Positions 18,075 through 27,878 of a stretch of DNA of 64,000 bases are shown here, one piece after another. The first letter of the stretch is position 1. Every line of letters begins with the position of its first letter. A program made the translations under genes and the position numbers. The notes under the pieces were generated by a model that saw only the letters and a program-made list of their open reading frames with translations, was not told where the DNA came from and did no database searches. This stretch comes from Candidatus Saccharimonadota bacterium (GTDB lineage Bacteria; Patescibacteriota; Saccharimonadia; Saccharimonadales; SZUA-47), in assembly GCA_016700315.1 (NCBI GenBank), contig CP065013.1, forward strand, positions 385,449 to 449,448, given 5' to 3'.

Positions 18075-19183
18075 TTCAAAGCCTCTTTGTATAAAGGTAT
18101 TATCTGCTCTTCAACAATTTTTTGAAAATCAAAGTTCTCGATAGCACGTTTTTTTGCGTTTTGACCAAGCTTTGACGCTAGTTCAGAGTTGCTAATCAAT
18201 TCTTGTAATGCCTCTGTTAACAAAGCGCTATTTTTTGGCGGGACAAGTAAACCACAAACATTTGACTCAACAATTTCAGGTATGCCACCGACATTTGTGG
18301 CTACAATAGGCAACCCAGCCATGCATGCTTCCGCTACAGCTATGCCAAATGATTCATGGTAACTAGCATGCACAAAGTAGTCCATCTGGGCTAGGTAGTT
18401 GTCGGAATTATTAACATATCCAACAAACCTGACTCGGTTTGCTACACCGAGCTTCGTGGCTAATGACTTGTAAATCTCGCCATTTCCGCTTAGACTCCCA
18501 ACTAACCACAGCTCCCCGTCAAAATTTACTAGTTTAGAAAAGGCTTCGAGTATTTCCTTTATCCCCTTGTCAGGCACCAGGCGGGATATTGCTCCAATAA
18601 CCGGTTTTGTTTTGTGCGCGGGCACTGGCGCATAAATCGGGAAGACACCGTTATGGATGGTAGTTAACTTACCTTTTAGTTCGCTTGCTACCTCAATTAT
18701 TTTTTGTTTTTCCGAATCACTGGTACAAATTATTTTCCGCGTGTAGTTTGCGCACGCCAAAAGCCATTTTTGCATCCGTGGGTGTGGGTGATTCTTGCGA
18801 TCTAATAAAAATTTTAGATCGCCATGATCGGTCCAAAAAACGTTTTTTCTCAAAATTCTTGCCGCCCAGGTTGCAAAAACGAAATCATCTCGGCTTTGAG
18901 GATGGACAATGTCAATCTTCTTAGAGATGATTACATATATATACCAAGCCGAAGTGTACAAAGCACGTAAATAATATAGCCTATCCCAAGACTGTTTTTC
19001 GTACCAAAGGCCTTTGATGGTTTTAATCTGCTTGAGTTTGCACTTATCTAGTATTGCCTTGTGCTTGGTTACGACAAAAGGTTCGTGGCCAGCTTTTTTA
19101 AACGCCAGCCCAAAATTATATGCATACTGTTCAGCTCCGCCCGTATCTTTTTGGTATGCATTTCTTATTATCAGTATATTCAT
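18071..19183 (-). CDS. Glycosyltransferase, GT4 family
   Basis: 370 aa with 'GGAEQYAYN' near the N-terminus and 'YFVHASYHESFGIAVAEACMAGLPIVATNVGGIPEIV'. 4-nt overlap with the downstream GT4 gene. Confidence 0.8.
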   Translation of the reverse strand: MNILIIRNAYQKDTGGAEQYAYNFGLAFKKAGHEPFVVTKHKAILDKCKLKQIKTIKGLWYEKQSWDRLYYLRALYTSAWYIYVIISKKIDIVHPQSRDDFVFATWAARILRKNVFWTDHGDLKFLLDRKNHPHPRMQKWLLACANYTRKIICTSDSEKQKIIEVASELKGKLTTIHNGVFPIYAPVPAHKTKPVIGAISRLVPDKGIKEILEAFSKLVNFDGELWLVGSLSGNGEIYKSLATKLGVANRVRFVGYVNNSDNYLAQMDYFVHASYHESFGIAVAEACMAGLPIVATNVGGIPEIVESNVCGLLVPPKNSALLTEALQELISNSELASKLGQNAKKRAIENFDFQKIVEEQIIPLYKEALK

Positions 19184-19199
19184 TTAGTAGAATTTTAAC

Positions 19200-20051
19200 A
19201 TGTATGAGGTATCCATATCTGATAGAATAGATATAATGCAGAAAATTTTTAAAAAAGAAAATCGAGCTGTTTTAAGAGAGTTAGTCGTAACGGATTTTAA
19301 GCTACGGTATCAGGGCTCGATACTTGGGTATGCCTGGTCATTACTAAGACCACTTTTCATGTTCTCCATTACATATCTAGTTTTTGCTGTCGTTTTCAAA
19401 GCAGGTAAAGGAGTGCCACATTACCCAGTCTACTTGCTGTTGGGGATTGTACTATGGACTTACTTTGGGGACGTTACGACTCAGGGTATTGGCGCAATAG
19501 TCGCTAGGGGTGATCTGATAAGAAAGATTAGAATCCCCAGATGGTTAATAGTGCTATCTGTGAGCATAGGAGCGACGATCAACCTACTTCTAAACCTAGT
19601 AGTTGTCTTAGTTTTTATTATCATTAGTAAAACCCCCATATCTGCAGGCGTACTTTTTTTGCCAATTTACATTGCGGAAATATATCTTTTTGCATTGGGT
19701 ATTTCACTATTTCTTTCTGCTTTATATGTGCGGTATCGCGACATAAGCTACATATGGGACATCATAACTCAAGCTGGTTTTTATTTAACACCAATTTTGT
19801 ATCCAATTACGAAAAACGCGAATCTATTGGCCTCACACTGGACGGCTTTGAAAGTAATGTATATAAATCCAGTAGCACATTCTATTCAGGGTATAAGGAA
19901 TGTAGTCGTTACTCAAGAAACACTTACAATCTCTGAAATTTGGAACAGTAACTACGCTTGGCTACTCCCTCTAGGAGTAATCTTGGTATCGTTGGTATTT
20001 GGAGTAGTGTATTTTAAAAAACAAGCCAGAACTTTTGCGGAGGATATCTAA
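19200..20051 (+). CDS. ABC-2 type polysaccharide/teichoic-acid exporter permease (Wzm/TagG-like)
   Basis: 283 aa with six predicted TM segments. N-terminal 'LRELVVTDFKLRYQGSILGYAWSLLRPL' is the ABC-2 signature region. An internal ATG at 19236 is an alternative start. Confidence 0.85.
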   Translation: MYEVSISDRIDIMQKIFKKENRAVLRELVVTDFKLRYQGSILGYAWSLLRPLFMFSITYLVFAVVFKAGKGVPHYPVYLLLGIVLWTYFGDVTTQGIGAIVARGDLIRKIRIPRWLIVLSVSIGATINLLLNLVVVLVFIIISKTPISAGVLFLPIYIAEIYLFALGISLFLSALYVRYRDISYIWDIITQAGFYLTPILYPITKNANLLASHWTALKVMYINPVAHSIQGIRNVVVTQETLTISEIWNSNYAWLLPLGVILVSLVFGVVYFKKQARTFAEDI

Positions 20052-20052
20052 A

Positions 20053-21179
20053 ATGACGGACGAAGTTGCAATCGAAGTCAGTAATTTATCAAAATCGTTT
20101 AACCTACCGCATGAAAAAAGCTCAAGTATCAAAGGCCTTTTCCTGAACATTTTCAGAGGTAAACGTAGTTTTGAAAAGCAACAAGTCTTAGACGATGTTA
20201 ACTTTGAGATAAAAAAGGCGAATTTTTTGGGATTGTCGGGCGTAACGGAAGCGGCAAGAGCACACTATTAAAGATGTTGGCCGGTATTTATTCGCCTGAT
20301 AAAGGGGCTATAAAGACCAATGGCAAACTTACCCCGTTTATCGAGTTAGGCGTAGGTTTTAGCCCAGAACTATCAGGCAGGGAGAACGTCTTTCTTAACG
20401 GTGCACTGTTGGGGTTTTCTCACAAGGAAATGGAAGGTATGTATGAAAGCATCGTCGAGTTTGCCGAATTAGAAGAACACATGGACAAAAAACTGAAAAA
20501 CTACTCCAGCGGCATGCAGGTTAGGCTAGCTTTTTCTATAGCAGTTAAAGCAAAAAACGATATATTAATTTTTGACGAGGTTCTGGCGGTAGGTGATGAA
20601 GCATTCCAAAGAAAATGCATGGACGTTTTTTGGGAGTACCGCAAGAACAAACAAACGGTGGTACTCGTGACTCACAGTATGGACAATATCAGGAACCTAT
20701 GTACAAGAGCATTAATGTTATCCGACGGTAAAGTTGAGATAATCGGTAGTGTCAAAGACGTGGCAAACGCCTACCTCAGAAGTAATGAAGATAAACCAGA
20801 GGCGAATAGCGGTGACCAAAGCACCTCAAAGATCAAAATAACAGGTTGCAAACCTGTATACAAACAGAATGAAACTATGAAGCTAAATCTCGCATGGCCA
20901 GAGGGTGAAGACGTAAAGAAGGCAGGTGTTGCCATATTCAATAAAGATGATAGGTGTGTATTCGCTAGCAACACAGGGGAAAAAATAATAAAAGGATCGG
21001 CTATTCGTTATTCTGTTAGCTTGAATTTGGGCCCGGGTAGGTATTACTTGAGCGCCGCAATCTATGGTCCTAAGGATCGTAGTATTGAGTTTGCTGATAA
21101 GGTTTGGAAATTTACAATTCGAGATGATTTTAATAGCGAGATTTCTGGTATTGTTAGACTCGACTATGCTTATGAATAA
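20053..21179 (+). CDS. ABC exporter ATP-binding protein (Wzt/TagH-like) with a C-terminal glycan-binding-type domain; intact only with a -1 shift at 20211-20217
   Basis: The ORF track splits it into 20035..20271 and 20274..21179. In the -1 frame from 20217 the sequence reads [25 protein letters not shown] (Walker A), then 'YSSGMQVRLAFS' (signature) and 'ILIFDEVLAVGD' (Walker B). GGAGG lies at 20039-20043, upstream of the ATG at 20053. Confidence 0.8.
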
Positions 21180-21214
21180 CGGGTCAAAAAGCAACATATA
21201 ACAAGTGTGAGAAT

Positions 21215-21525
21215 ATGTCTGTAAAAATATCCTGGCCAGATGTTGAAAACGTTGGTATGGTCGGTGTGGCTATCGTTGGTTACAATAATGAGTATGTTTT
21301 TGGCAGCAACACCGGCACGCTACTTCTAAAGGGGGTCAATTGATTACAAAGTTAAGCTTGATTTTGGGCCCAGACTCTTACTATTTGTCATCTCTCATTA
21401 AAGACAAAGATGGTCACGTTATTGAGTATGCTAATAAATCCTGGAGGTTCACCATACAAGATGATGGCAAGGACAGCGATACAGTAGGTGGGCTAACAGG
21501 CCTACCTTATAGCTATAAGAACTAA
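21215..21525 (+). pseudogene. Stand-alone diverged copy of the Wzt C-terminal domain, frame-broken at a G5 run
   Basis: 'MSVKISWPDVENVGMVGVAIVGYNNEYVFGSNTGTLLLKG' stops at 21341-21343. It continues in the -1 frame as 'QLITKLSLILGPDSYYLSS...WRFTIQDD'. The merged sequence aligns along its length with residues of the upstream Wzt C-terminus ('VFASNTGEKIIKGSAIRYSVSLNLGPGRYYLSA...WKFTIRDD'). Confidence 0.55.
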
Positions 21526-21551
21526 CAGGCACTACAGGCGGATAAATATAC

Positions 21552-22436
21552 TTGCATAATTACATATTTTATGGTAGTATTTTAGCTATGCAACAATTAT
21601 TACCTCCAACCATGCGAAGCCAAATCTTTGGCGGAGAAAAAGAAAGAAGAATATTTACTAATGCGCTAGACGAGGTTCACTCGCTTTATGGTGAGATGAA
21701 CAAGCAGCTTGTTACTCCAGATATTGATGTAGTTTGGGCCTTGTCTACGCCCGGCACTGTAAAAGAGCCGGCAAGCTTCCCTGAAGGAGAAAAAGACAAC
21801 CCCTACGAGGGCACGATGTTTAACAAAGGTACTATAGTAAGGTCTGTAGAGATTGTTCTCGAAGTAACAGCTCTTCGTCTTGGCAAGCCGGTAAGTGGGG
21901 TAACCAGAGAGGACGTAGCCTTGCATGGGCCTACTCTATACTATAACGGTGAAAGCGAACAGAACCCGGGTACTCGATTTCCGCAACAAAACCAACATTT
22001 CTTAGAGCTTTCGCAACAGCAAGACTTCCCGATACCTCCAGAAAAAGTCGTTATTTGCCCAATAATCGAAGTTAATACCCCTGGCCAAGTTAAGCAGCTA
22101 GCCGAATATTTAACCGGCAAACTGCCTGATACTAGAAAGGTGGCTGTCGTCCATGGTGTGCCACATGCCGCGAGAACCGGGCGTTATCTTGAAAAGTATA
22201 AAGGAGATTTTCCTGAAAGTACTACTATGGTTCCTTTCCTCGTTGATCAAAACGAAAAAGGGAATCAGTCCAGGCTAGCTGTCTTGGAAGCCGGCAAGGC
22301 GGCAATATATGGCGCAAAGGGCGATTTAGACGCACGATCTAGCTTCTTTGGTGAAGATGGGCCACAGCACCCAAGACCAAGAATAGATCTTCGTGGTGAC
22401 CTAAGGCAAAAAGGCTTATTGCCAAAACCTAGGTAA
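21552..22436 (+). CDS. Hypothetical protein (weak resemblance to DUF218/YdcF-type fold)
   Basis: 294-aa ORF; an ATG at 21588 is the more likely start. 'IEVNTPGQVKQLAEYL...VAVVHGVPHAARTGRYLEKY' loosely resembles DUF218. This is a low-confidence assignment. Confidence 0.4.
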   Translation: MHNYIFYGSILAMQQLLPPTMRSQIFGGEKERRIFTNALDEVHSLYGEMNKQLVTPDIDVVWALSTPGTVKEPASFPEGEKDNPYEGTMFNKGTIVRSVEIVLEVTALRLGKPVSGVTREDVALHGPTLYYNGESEQNPGTRFPQQNQHFLELSQQQDFPIPPEKVVICPIIEVNTPGQVKQLAEYLTGKLPDTRKVAVVHGVPHAARTGRYLEKYKGDFPESTTMVPFLVDQNEKGNQSRLAVLEAGKAAIYGAKGDLDARSSFFGEDGPQHPRPRIDLRGDLRQKGLLPKPR

Positions 22437-22471
22437 AGCCCTATTACTCAAGGGGTAAAAACGTTATAATA

Positions 22472-22500
22472 GTGTGGAGTAAATAAACTCCACACTTTTT
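22472..22500 (+). terminator. Rho-independent terminator candidate
   Basis: GTGTGGAGT (22472-22480), loop AAATAA, ACTCCACAC (22487-22495), then TTTTT. Confidence 0.55.
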
Positions 22501-22519
22501 GTGTGGCATAAGGGGTAAT

Positions 22520-23521
22520 ATGTTTAAAGATAAGGTGCTCTTGATTACGGGTGGGACTGGATCTTTTGGTAACGAGGTTTTAAAAGGCTTCCTAAACACC
22601 AACATTAAAGAAATACGTATCTTTTCGCGTGATGAGAAAAAACAAGACGACATGCGGAAGCGTTACGCCAACCCTAAGCTAAAGTTCTATATTGGCGACG
22701 TTCGAGATATAACGAGTCTTGAGACGGCGATGAAAGACGTAGACTACATCTTCCATGCAGCGGCACTCAAGCAAGTGCCATCGTGTGAATTTTTCCCACT
22801 ACAAGCAGTTAAAACTAATGTTATTGGTACAGACAATGTGTTGACGGTCGCTATTAGGAAAAAGGTGAAGAAGATCATTTGTCTCAGTACAGACAAGGCT
22901 GCTTACCCAATCAACGCAATGGGTACTAGTAAAGCAATGATGGAAAAAATAATAATTGCCAGAGCGCGTGAGTTGGGTAACGACTCGGATACGACCATCT
23001 GCTTAACCCGTTACGGAAATGTTATGGGCTCAAGAGGGTCGGTTATACCATTATTCTACAAGTTAATTGATGAAGGTAAGCCCCTAACTATCACTGACCC
23101 TACAATGACGCGTTACATGATGACTCTAGCCGACGCTGTTGATCTGGTTGTATTTGCCTTTAAGCACGGCAACCAAGGTGATTTATTTGTCCAAAAAGCT
23201 CCAGCCGCAGAGATTGGAGTTTTGGCAGAGGCTATAAAAAAGTATAAAAATTCGAAAGCAAAAACAGTGATTATTGGCACAAGGCATGGTGAAAAAGCAC
23301 ATGAAGTGCTTGTTACTCGTGAAGAAATGTCAAAAGCTGAAGATTTAAAAGAATTCTTCAGGATACCGATGGATAACAGAGATATGAATTATAATAACTT
23401 TTACCCAGATGGTGATGGTGATGTAGTGCAGTATGAAGAATATAGTTCTGACAAAACACGACGTATATACGAAGATGAGATTATTGAACTACTCAAGAAA
23501 ATGGGTGAGGTCGAAGTGTGA
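22520..23521 (+). CDS. UDP-N-acetylglucosamine 4,6-dehydratase/5-epimerase (FnlA/CapE/WbjB/WbvB type)
   Basis: The ATG at 22520 is preceded by AAGGGG. 'KVLLITGGTGSFGNEVL...IRIFSRDEKKQ...LSTDKAAYPINAMGTSKAMMEK' is typical of this SDR subfamily. About 333 aa. Confidence 0.85.
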   Translation: MFKDKVLLITGGTGSFGNEVLKGFLNTNIKEIRIFSRDEKKQDDMRKRYANPKLKFYIGDVRDITSLETAMKDVDYIFHAAALKQVPSCEFFPLQAVKTNVIGTDNVLTVAIRKKVKKIICLSTDKAAYPINAMGTSKAMMEKIIIARARELGNDSDTTICLTRYGNVMGSRGSVIPLFYKLIDEGKPLTITDPTMTRYMMTLADAVDLVVFAFKHGNQGDLFVQKAPAAEIGVLAEAIKKYKNSKAKTVIIGTRHGEKAHEVLVTREEMSKAEDLKEFFRIPMDNRDMNYNNFYPDGDGDVVQYEEYSSDKTRRIYEDEIIELLKKMGEVEV

Positions 23522-24369
23522 GGATATTTATTCTCGGCTCTGACGGAATGTTGGGGCATGTAGTCAGGGCATATTTCAGCGATAACAACCATCAAGTTTT
23601 TGGAACGACCCGTAATTTAGAGAACGAATTTTACTTTGATGTTACGAAAAACCTGAGCGACCTCAGTAGATACATAGAAAGTATTAAACCGGATGCTGTA
23701 ATAAACTGTATAGGACTATTAAATCAGGTAGCCGAAGAAAATAAATCTTTAGCAGTGTTAGTAAATGGTTATCTGCCACACTATGCTGACGAAATTTGTC
23801 GAAGAGTTAATTCTAAGTTTATACATATATCTACGGACTGCGTATTTGATGGTAAAAAGGGTGAGTACACGGAAGTCAGCCCAAAAGACGCGACAAGCTT
23901 TTACGGTCAGTCAAAAGCTATTGGGGAAGTAGAAAATGGGCGGAGCTTAACCTTAAGAACTTCGATAGTGGGACCCGACCCTAACGAAAAGGGCGTTGGT
24001 TTGTTCCAGTGGTTTATGAACCAGACAGGCGAGGTTAGTGGTTTTGATAAGGTGATTTGGACCGGTGTCACAACAATAGAGCTAGCAAAATGTATAGAAA
24101 AAGCAATCGAAAGTAACTTGTCTGGTCTCAGGCACGTCGTGAATAACCAGAAAATTGATAAGTTCAGTTTGCTACAGCTTTTCAAGACAACATTTGGTAA
24201 AAGCATTGAGATAAAGCGAAAAAGTGAATATGTTAGCGACAAAAGCTTAATCCGAAAAACGGACTTTGATTTTGGTGTTCCTAGTTACGAGCAAATGGTC
24301 CAAGATATGAGAAAATGGGTTAGCGATCACAAAGAAATTTATCCAAAAAGTCAAGGAGGTAGTCTGTGA
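23518..24369 (+). CDS. NAD(P)-dependent sugar-nucleotide 4-reductase, RmlD-like (WbvR/FnlB-role candidate)
   Basis: 283 aa with 'MRIFILGSDGMLGH' Rossmann start and 'STDCVFDG...YGQSKAIGE' (YxxxK). 4-nt overlaps with both neighbouring genes. Confidence 0.7.
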   Translation: MRIFILGSDGMLGHVVRAYFSDNNHQVFGTTRNLENEFYFDVTKNLSDLSRYIESIKPDAVINCIGLLNQVAEENKSLAVLVNGYLPHYADEICRRVNSKFIHISTDCVFDGKKGEYTEVSPKDATSFYGQSKAIGEVENGRSLTLRTSIVGPDPNEKGVGLFQWFMNQTGEVSGFDKVIWTGVTTIELAKCIEKAIESNLSGLRHVVNNQKIDKFSLLQLFKTTFGKSIEIKRKSEYVSDKSLIRKTDFDFGVPSYEQMVQDMRKWVSDHKEIYPKSQGGSL

Positions 24370-25466
24370 AAGTAATGACGATTGTGGGGACCCGTCCTGA
24401 GATAATAAAATTATCCGCTGTAATAGCAGAACTCGATAAGTACGCCGAGCATATACTAGTTCACACCGGTCAGAATTACGACTATGAGCTTAATGAAATC
24501 TTTTTTGATGGCATGGGCATCAGGAATCCCGATGTTTTTATGAATGCTGCCGGCAATGATGCTGCAGAGACAATAGGTAATGTCATCATTGGCGCCGATA
24601 AGCTAATGAAAGAGCTTAAACCAGATGCAGTCTTGCTTTATGGTGACACAAATTCTTGTCTTTCGGTTATTTCAGCAAAAAGAAACAAAATCCCTGTTTT
24701 CCATATGGAGTCGGGCAATAGATGTTTTGACCAGAGAGTGCCAGAAGAGCTGAATCGAAAAGTGGTGGATCATTTAAGTGATATTAATATGACTCTAACA
24801 GAACACGCCAGAAGATACTTGATGCGTGAGGGTATACCGCCTGAAACGATTATCAAAGTTGGTTCTAGTATGAAAGAAGTGCTGGCCAATAATCAAAAAA
24901 GTATAAACAGAAGTCAAGCTCTGAGGGACTTAGACTTAGAGCCAAAGAAATATTTTTTGCTCAGCGTTCATCGTGAGGAGAATGTTGATAATGAGAAGAA
25001 CTTTAAAGATCTAATCGATTCCATTGATGCTATTTGTGAACTATATAAATTCCCTGTTATTTTTTCAGTCCACCCCAGAACTCAGAAACTAATTGATAAA
25101 AACGAAGTTAAGTTACATGAGTTAGTTCGGTTAATGAAGCCATTGGGGTTTGCCGATTATGTACACTTACAGCAGAACGCATTTTGTGTGATATCTGACA
25201 GCGGTACTGTTACCGAAGAGTCGTCACTACTAGGGTTCCCTGCAATTACAGTTCGACAAGCCCACGAACGGCCCGAAGGCATGGATGAAGGTACGCTGAT
25301 AATGACGGGGCTAGACAAGGAGACGGTGTTAAACTCTATAAAAGTTGTCACATCTGGCACAATGTCTGTCGTAAAAGACTACGATGTTGAGAAGGTCTCC
25401 CAAAAGGTTGTGAGGATAATCATGAGCTACACTGGTTACATAAACCGAACAGTATGGAAAAAGTAG
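24366..25466 (+). CDS. UDP-N-acetylglucosamine 2-epimerase family, non-hydrolysing (FnlC/CapG/WbvD type)
   Basis: 366 aa with 'MKVMTIVGTRPEIIKLS...HTGQNYD...LYGDTNS...VHREENVD...SDSGTVTEES'. Confidence 0.85.
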   Translation: MKVMTIVGTRPEIIKLSAVIAELDKYAEHILVHTGQNYDYELNEIFFDGMGIRNPDVFMNAAGNDAAETIGNVIIGADKLMKELKPDAVLLYGDTNSCLSVISAKRNKIPVFHMESGNRCFDQRVPEELNRKVVDHLSDINMTLTEHARRYLMREGIPPETIIKVGSSMKEVLANNQKSINRSQALRDLDLEPKKYFLLSVHREENVDNEKNFKDLIDSIDAICELYKFPVIFSVHPRTQKLIDKNEVKLHELVRLMKPLGFADYVHLQQNAFCVISDSGTVTEESSLLGFPAITVRQAHERPEGMDEGTLIMTGLDKETVLNSIKVVTSGTMSVVKDYDVEKVSQKVVRIIMSYTGYINRTVWKK

Positions 25467-25560
25467 CGAAGGACAAGATGGTTTTTTGTAGATCTTTATA
25501 TCAGTGTCGTAATATATGTTCAAGAATGAACGAACCTTTTGTTGGCACTAGGGGCGGACG

Positions 25561-26394
25561 ATGATATACCTAAACTGCGAAGTTAAAAGTGGTCTAGGGG
25601 AAGACACCTTCTGGACTTGGTTTGAGAGAGAATTCCCTAACTCAGTATTCAAAGAGCCAAAAAAGTTGAATGATGACGATATCTTACTTAGGTACTCTAC
25701 TCTAGGGTTTTTACCAATTGAAGGAAAGCAGATGGCACTATGCTGGGAGCTTTACCCCGAAATGAAAGGGCTATTTAATACATCTTACTTTGATGAGCGT
25801 ATGAAAAAGGTTGACAATGCAGCACGCTACGCAACTTACCGTACTGTTGCTACTGAGGAAACTGCAAAAAACTATCAGAAGTATGGTCAGGTGCGTGTTA
25901 TACCCATCGGTGTGAACACAGATCTTTACAGACCTCTTAAAAACAAAAAAGCATTGAGAGTGAAGTATGGTTTACCGGAAAATAAAAAAATCGGCATATG
26001 GATAGGTACTCGTCACCCAATGAAGGGTATTTCTAAAATGTTGGAATATGCTAATGTAAACCCTGATATTGAGTGGGTAATGGTATGGAAATGGGAGATG
26101 GAAGAGCTAAAGATAAGTGGAGTGCATAATTTTGTAAAAATTGAGCAGCAACAGATTTGTGAGCTTCTCAATGCTTCTGATTTCTTTTTGGCAACTAGCC
26201 AGCTCAGGCCATACTATATGGCAGAGTGGGAAGCAATGGCGACAGGTATACCTTTTGTTCATTTTGGTGGAGCCGAACGTGAGTTTTACCCTTCTGATAA
26301 TCCCAGAGATGATGTCTTCAGCATGGGTTGGGACAGGAAGAGCGTCAAAAAGAAGTGGGTTGATTTTTTTAGGGAAAAGGGTGTCAAATGGTAG
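25561..26394 (+). CDS. Putative glycosyltransferase (GT-B-like C-terminal half)
   Basis: 277 aa. 'RPYYMAEWEAMATGIPFVHFG' resembles the GT-B acceptor/donor E-x7-E region. The N-terminal half is atypical. Confidence 0.5.
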   Translation: MIYLNCEVKSGLGEDTFWTWFEREFPNSVFKEPKKLNDDDILLRYSTLGFLPIEGKQMALCWELYPEMKGLFNTSYFDERMKKVDNAARYATYRTVATEETAKNYQKYGQVRVIPIGVNTDLYRPLKNKKALRVKYGLPENKKIGIWIGTRHPMKGISKMLEYANVNPDIEWVMVWKWEMEELKISGVHNFVKIEQQQICELLNASDFFLATSQLRPYYMAEWEAMATGIPFVHFGGAEREFYPSDNPRDDVFSMGWDRKSVKKKWVDFFREKGVKW

Positions 26395-27878
26395 AGGTCT
26401 CGATAGTCTGTCTTATATATAAGTCAAAGGTGTTGGCTGAAGCCGTGTATGAATCTGTGAAGAAGTACACACCCAAGTTGTCTACTGGGGAGGCAGAGTT
26501 CTTCTTTATTGCGAATGATCCCACGGAAGAGTTAGTAAATTATCTTGATGCTGAAAGTATACCTTATTACTTGAATATCAATGAGCATCTGAGTGATCAG
26601 GAGTTATTCGGCTTGGGGATTGGCTCACCAGAGTATATAAGAAGAGTCTATCAGGGTTACAACGCAGGAGTTCTCAAGGCCAAAGGTCAAAAGGTTGTGC
26701 TGGTAAATAGCGATAACTTTTTTAGTGATGACTGGCTTGAAAACCTGCTTAAGTACTCTGATTATAAAAAAGTGGTTTGTTCAACACTGATTGAGCCAGG
26801 ACAAGAAAAGTTTAGTGTGTTCCCGTTTGCTATAGAGAAAAACTTTGGTAGGACACTGGAGGATTTTGATGAAGTTGGGTTTACGGCGTACGCTAGCAGG
26901 TTGAGTAAAACTGGTTTTTCTTCTGGGGGAGCTTACATGCCATGCTTACTTTACAGGGACGTAGCAATTATAGCCGGGCTTTACCCGGAAGGTAATATTG
27001 CAGGTGAGTCTTTTGATCAGATCATTCGGTATGGCGATGAGGATTTTTATCGCAGACTCTCTCAGTTTGGAGTCGAACACATTACGGCGAAGGATAGTAT
27101 TGTGTATCACCTGAAAGAAGGTGAGAAATCTGAAAGCCTATCTGAGGCTAAGCTTTTCAAATCTAAGAAAACTAATGTACCGACGCTCGGTAAAAATCAT
27201 GTTGTTAGTCCCGTTTCGCTAACAAACTATATACAACCTGCCTCGGAACACGCTGATATAATGAGTTTGTTTTCCAAGAAGTTTACGGCGTTTATCATTA
27301 ATCCAACTAGTCTTTCTGAAGTGGAGAATAGCATTAAAGTGATAGAAAGTTTCAACTGTGCGAACGTTGAGACGGTGCTAATCAGCAGCAATAGAAGCCA
27401 CGTAGCACAGTGTAAGAATCGCGTTAAGTCTATTTACACAAGGCAAATAGACAAAGCGATATACGACGAACTGCATCATATGTACGGTGAGTTTGCGATT
27501 GTCATAAATGAACAATGCACATACGCTGACGACCTGCTAGATAAAGTTGATGATGTGAATTCTATTTATTACTTTGGTAGTGAAGACACAAGCAATAGTC
27601 CGATAATTGACAACGTTGGAAAATTTATTATCCCTAAAAGGGTAATCATCAATAATATACCGCTGTTTCTTGGCTATATTTTTGAAAAGAACATTCAGCA
27701 TCTGATATTTGACGGCATAATGGTTCATAATATTGCCCCTGAAAAAGTTGTAGATCCACCAGAACTACAACCAGCAACGGTGGAGCCACTCACAACAAGA
27801 GTTGTTAAAAAATATAAAAAAGACGGCGTAAAAGGTATAGCAAAGTCTATTGCAAACAAGGTGAAAAAACGAATATGA
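26388..27878 (+). CDS. Putative GT2-like glycosyltransferase with a C-terminal domain of unknown function
   Basis: 496 aa. '[10 protein letters not shown]...[16 protein letters not shown]...VLVNSDNFF' follows the GT-A layout (the DxD-like motif is 'SDN'). Confidence 0.45.
   Translation: MVEVSIVCLIYKSKVLAEAVYESVKKYTPKLSTGEAEFFFIANDPTEELVNYLDAESIPYYLNINEHLSDQELFGLGIGSPEYIRRVYQGYNAGVLKAKGQKVVLVNSDNFFSDDWLENLLKYSDYKKVVCSTLIEPGQEKFSVFPFAIEKNFGRTLEDFDEVGFTAYASRLSKTGFSSGGAYMPCLLYRDVAIIAGLYPEGNIAGESFDQIIRYGDEDFYRRLSQFGVEHITAKDSIVYHLKEGEKSESLSEAKLFKSKKTNVPTLGKNHVVSPVSLTNYIQPASEHADIMSLFSKKFTAFIINPTSLSEVENSIKVIESFNCANVETVLISSNRSHVAQCKNRVKSIYTRQIDKAIYDELHHMYGEFAIVINEQCTYADDLLDKVDDVNSIYYFGSEDTSNSPIIDNVGKFIIPKRVIINNIPLFLGYIFEKNIQHLIFDGIMVHNIAPEKVVDPPELQPATVEPLTTRVVKKYKKDGVKGIAKSIANKVKKRI

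Noticed and set aside
20211-20217. Confident call of programmed -1 ribosomal frameshifting in the ABC ATPase
   Set aside because: The heptamer is ideal, but I see no upstream SD-like element or downstream stem-loop. Four other homopolymer breaks nearby make a simple 1-nt length discrepancy at least as likely. It is kept as a finding, not as a conclusion.
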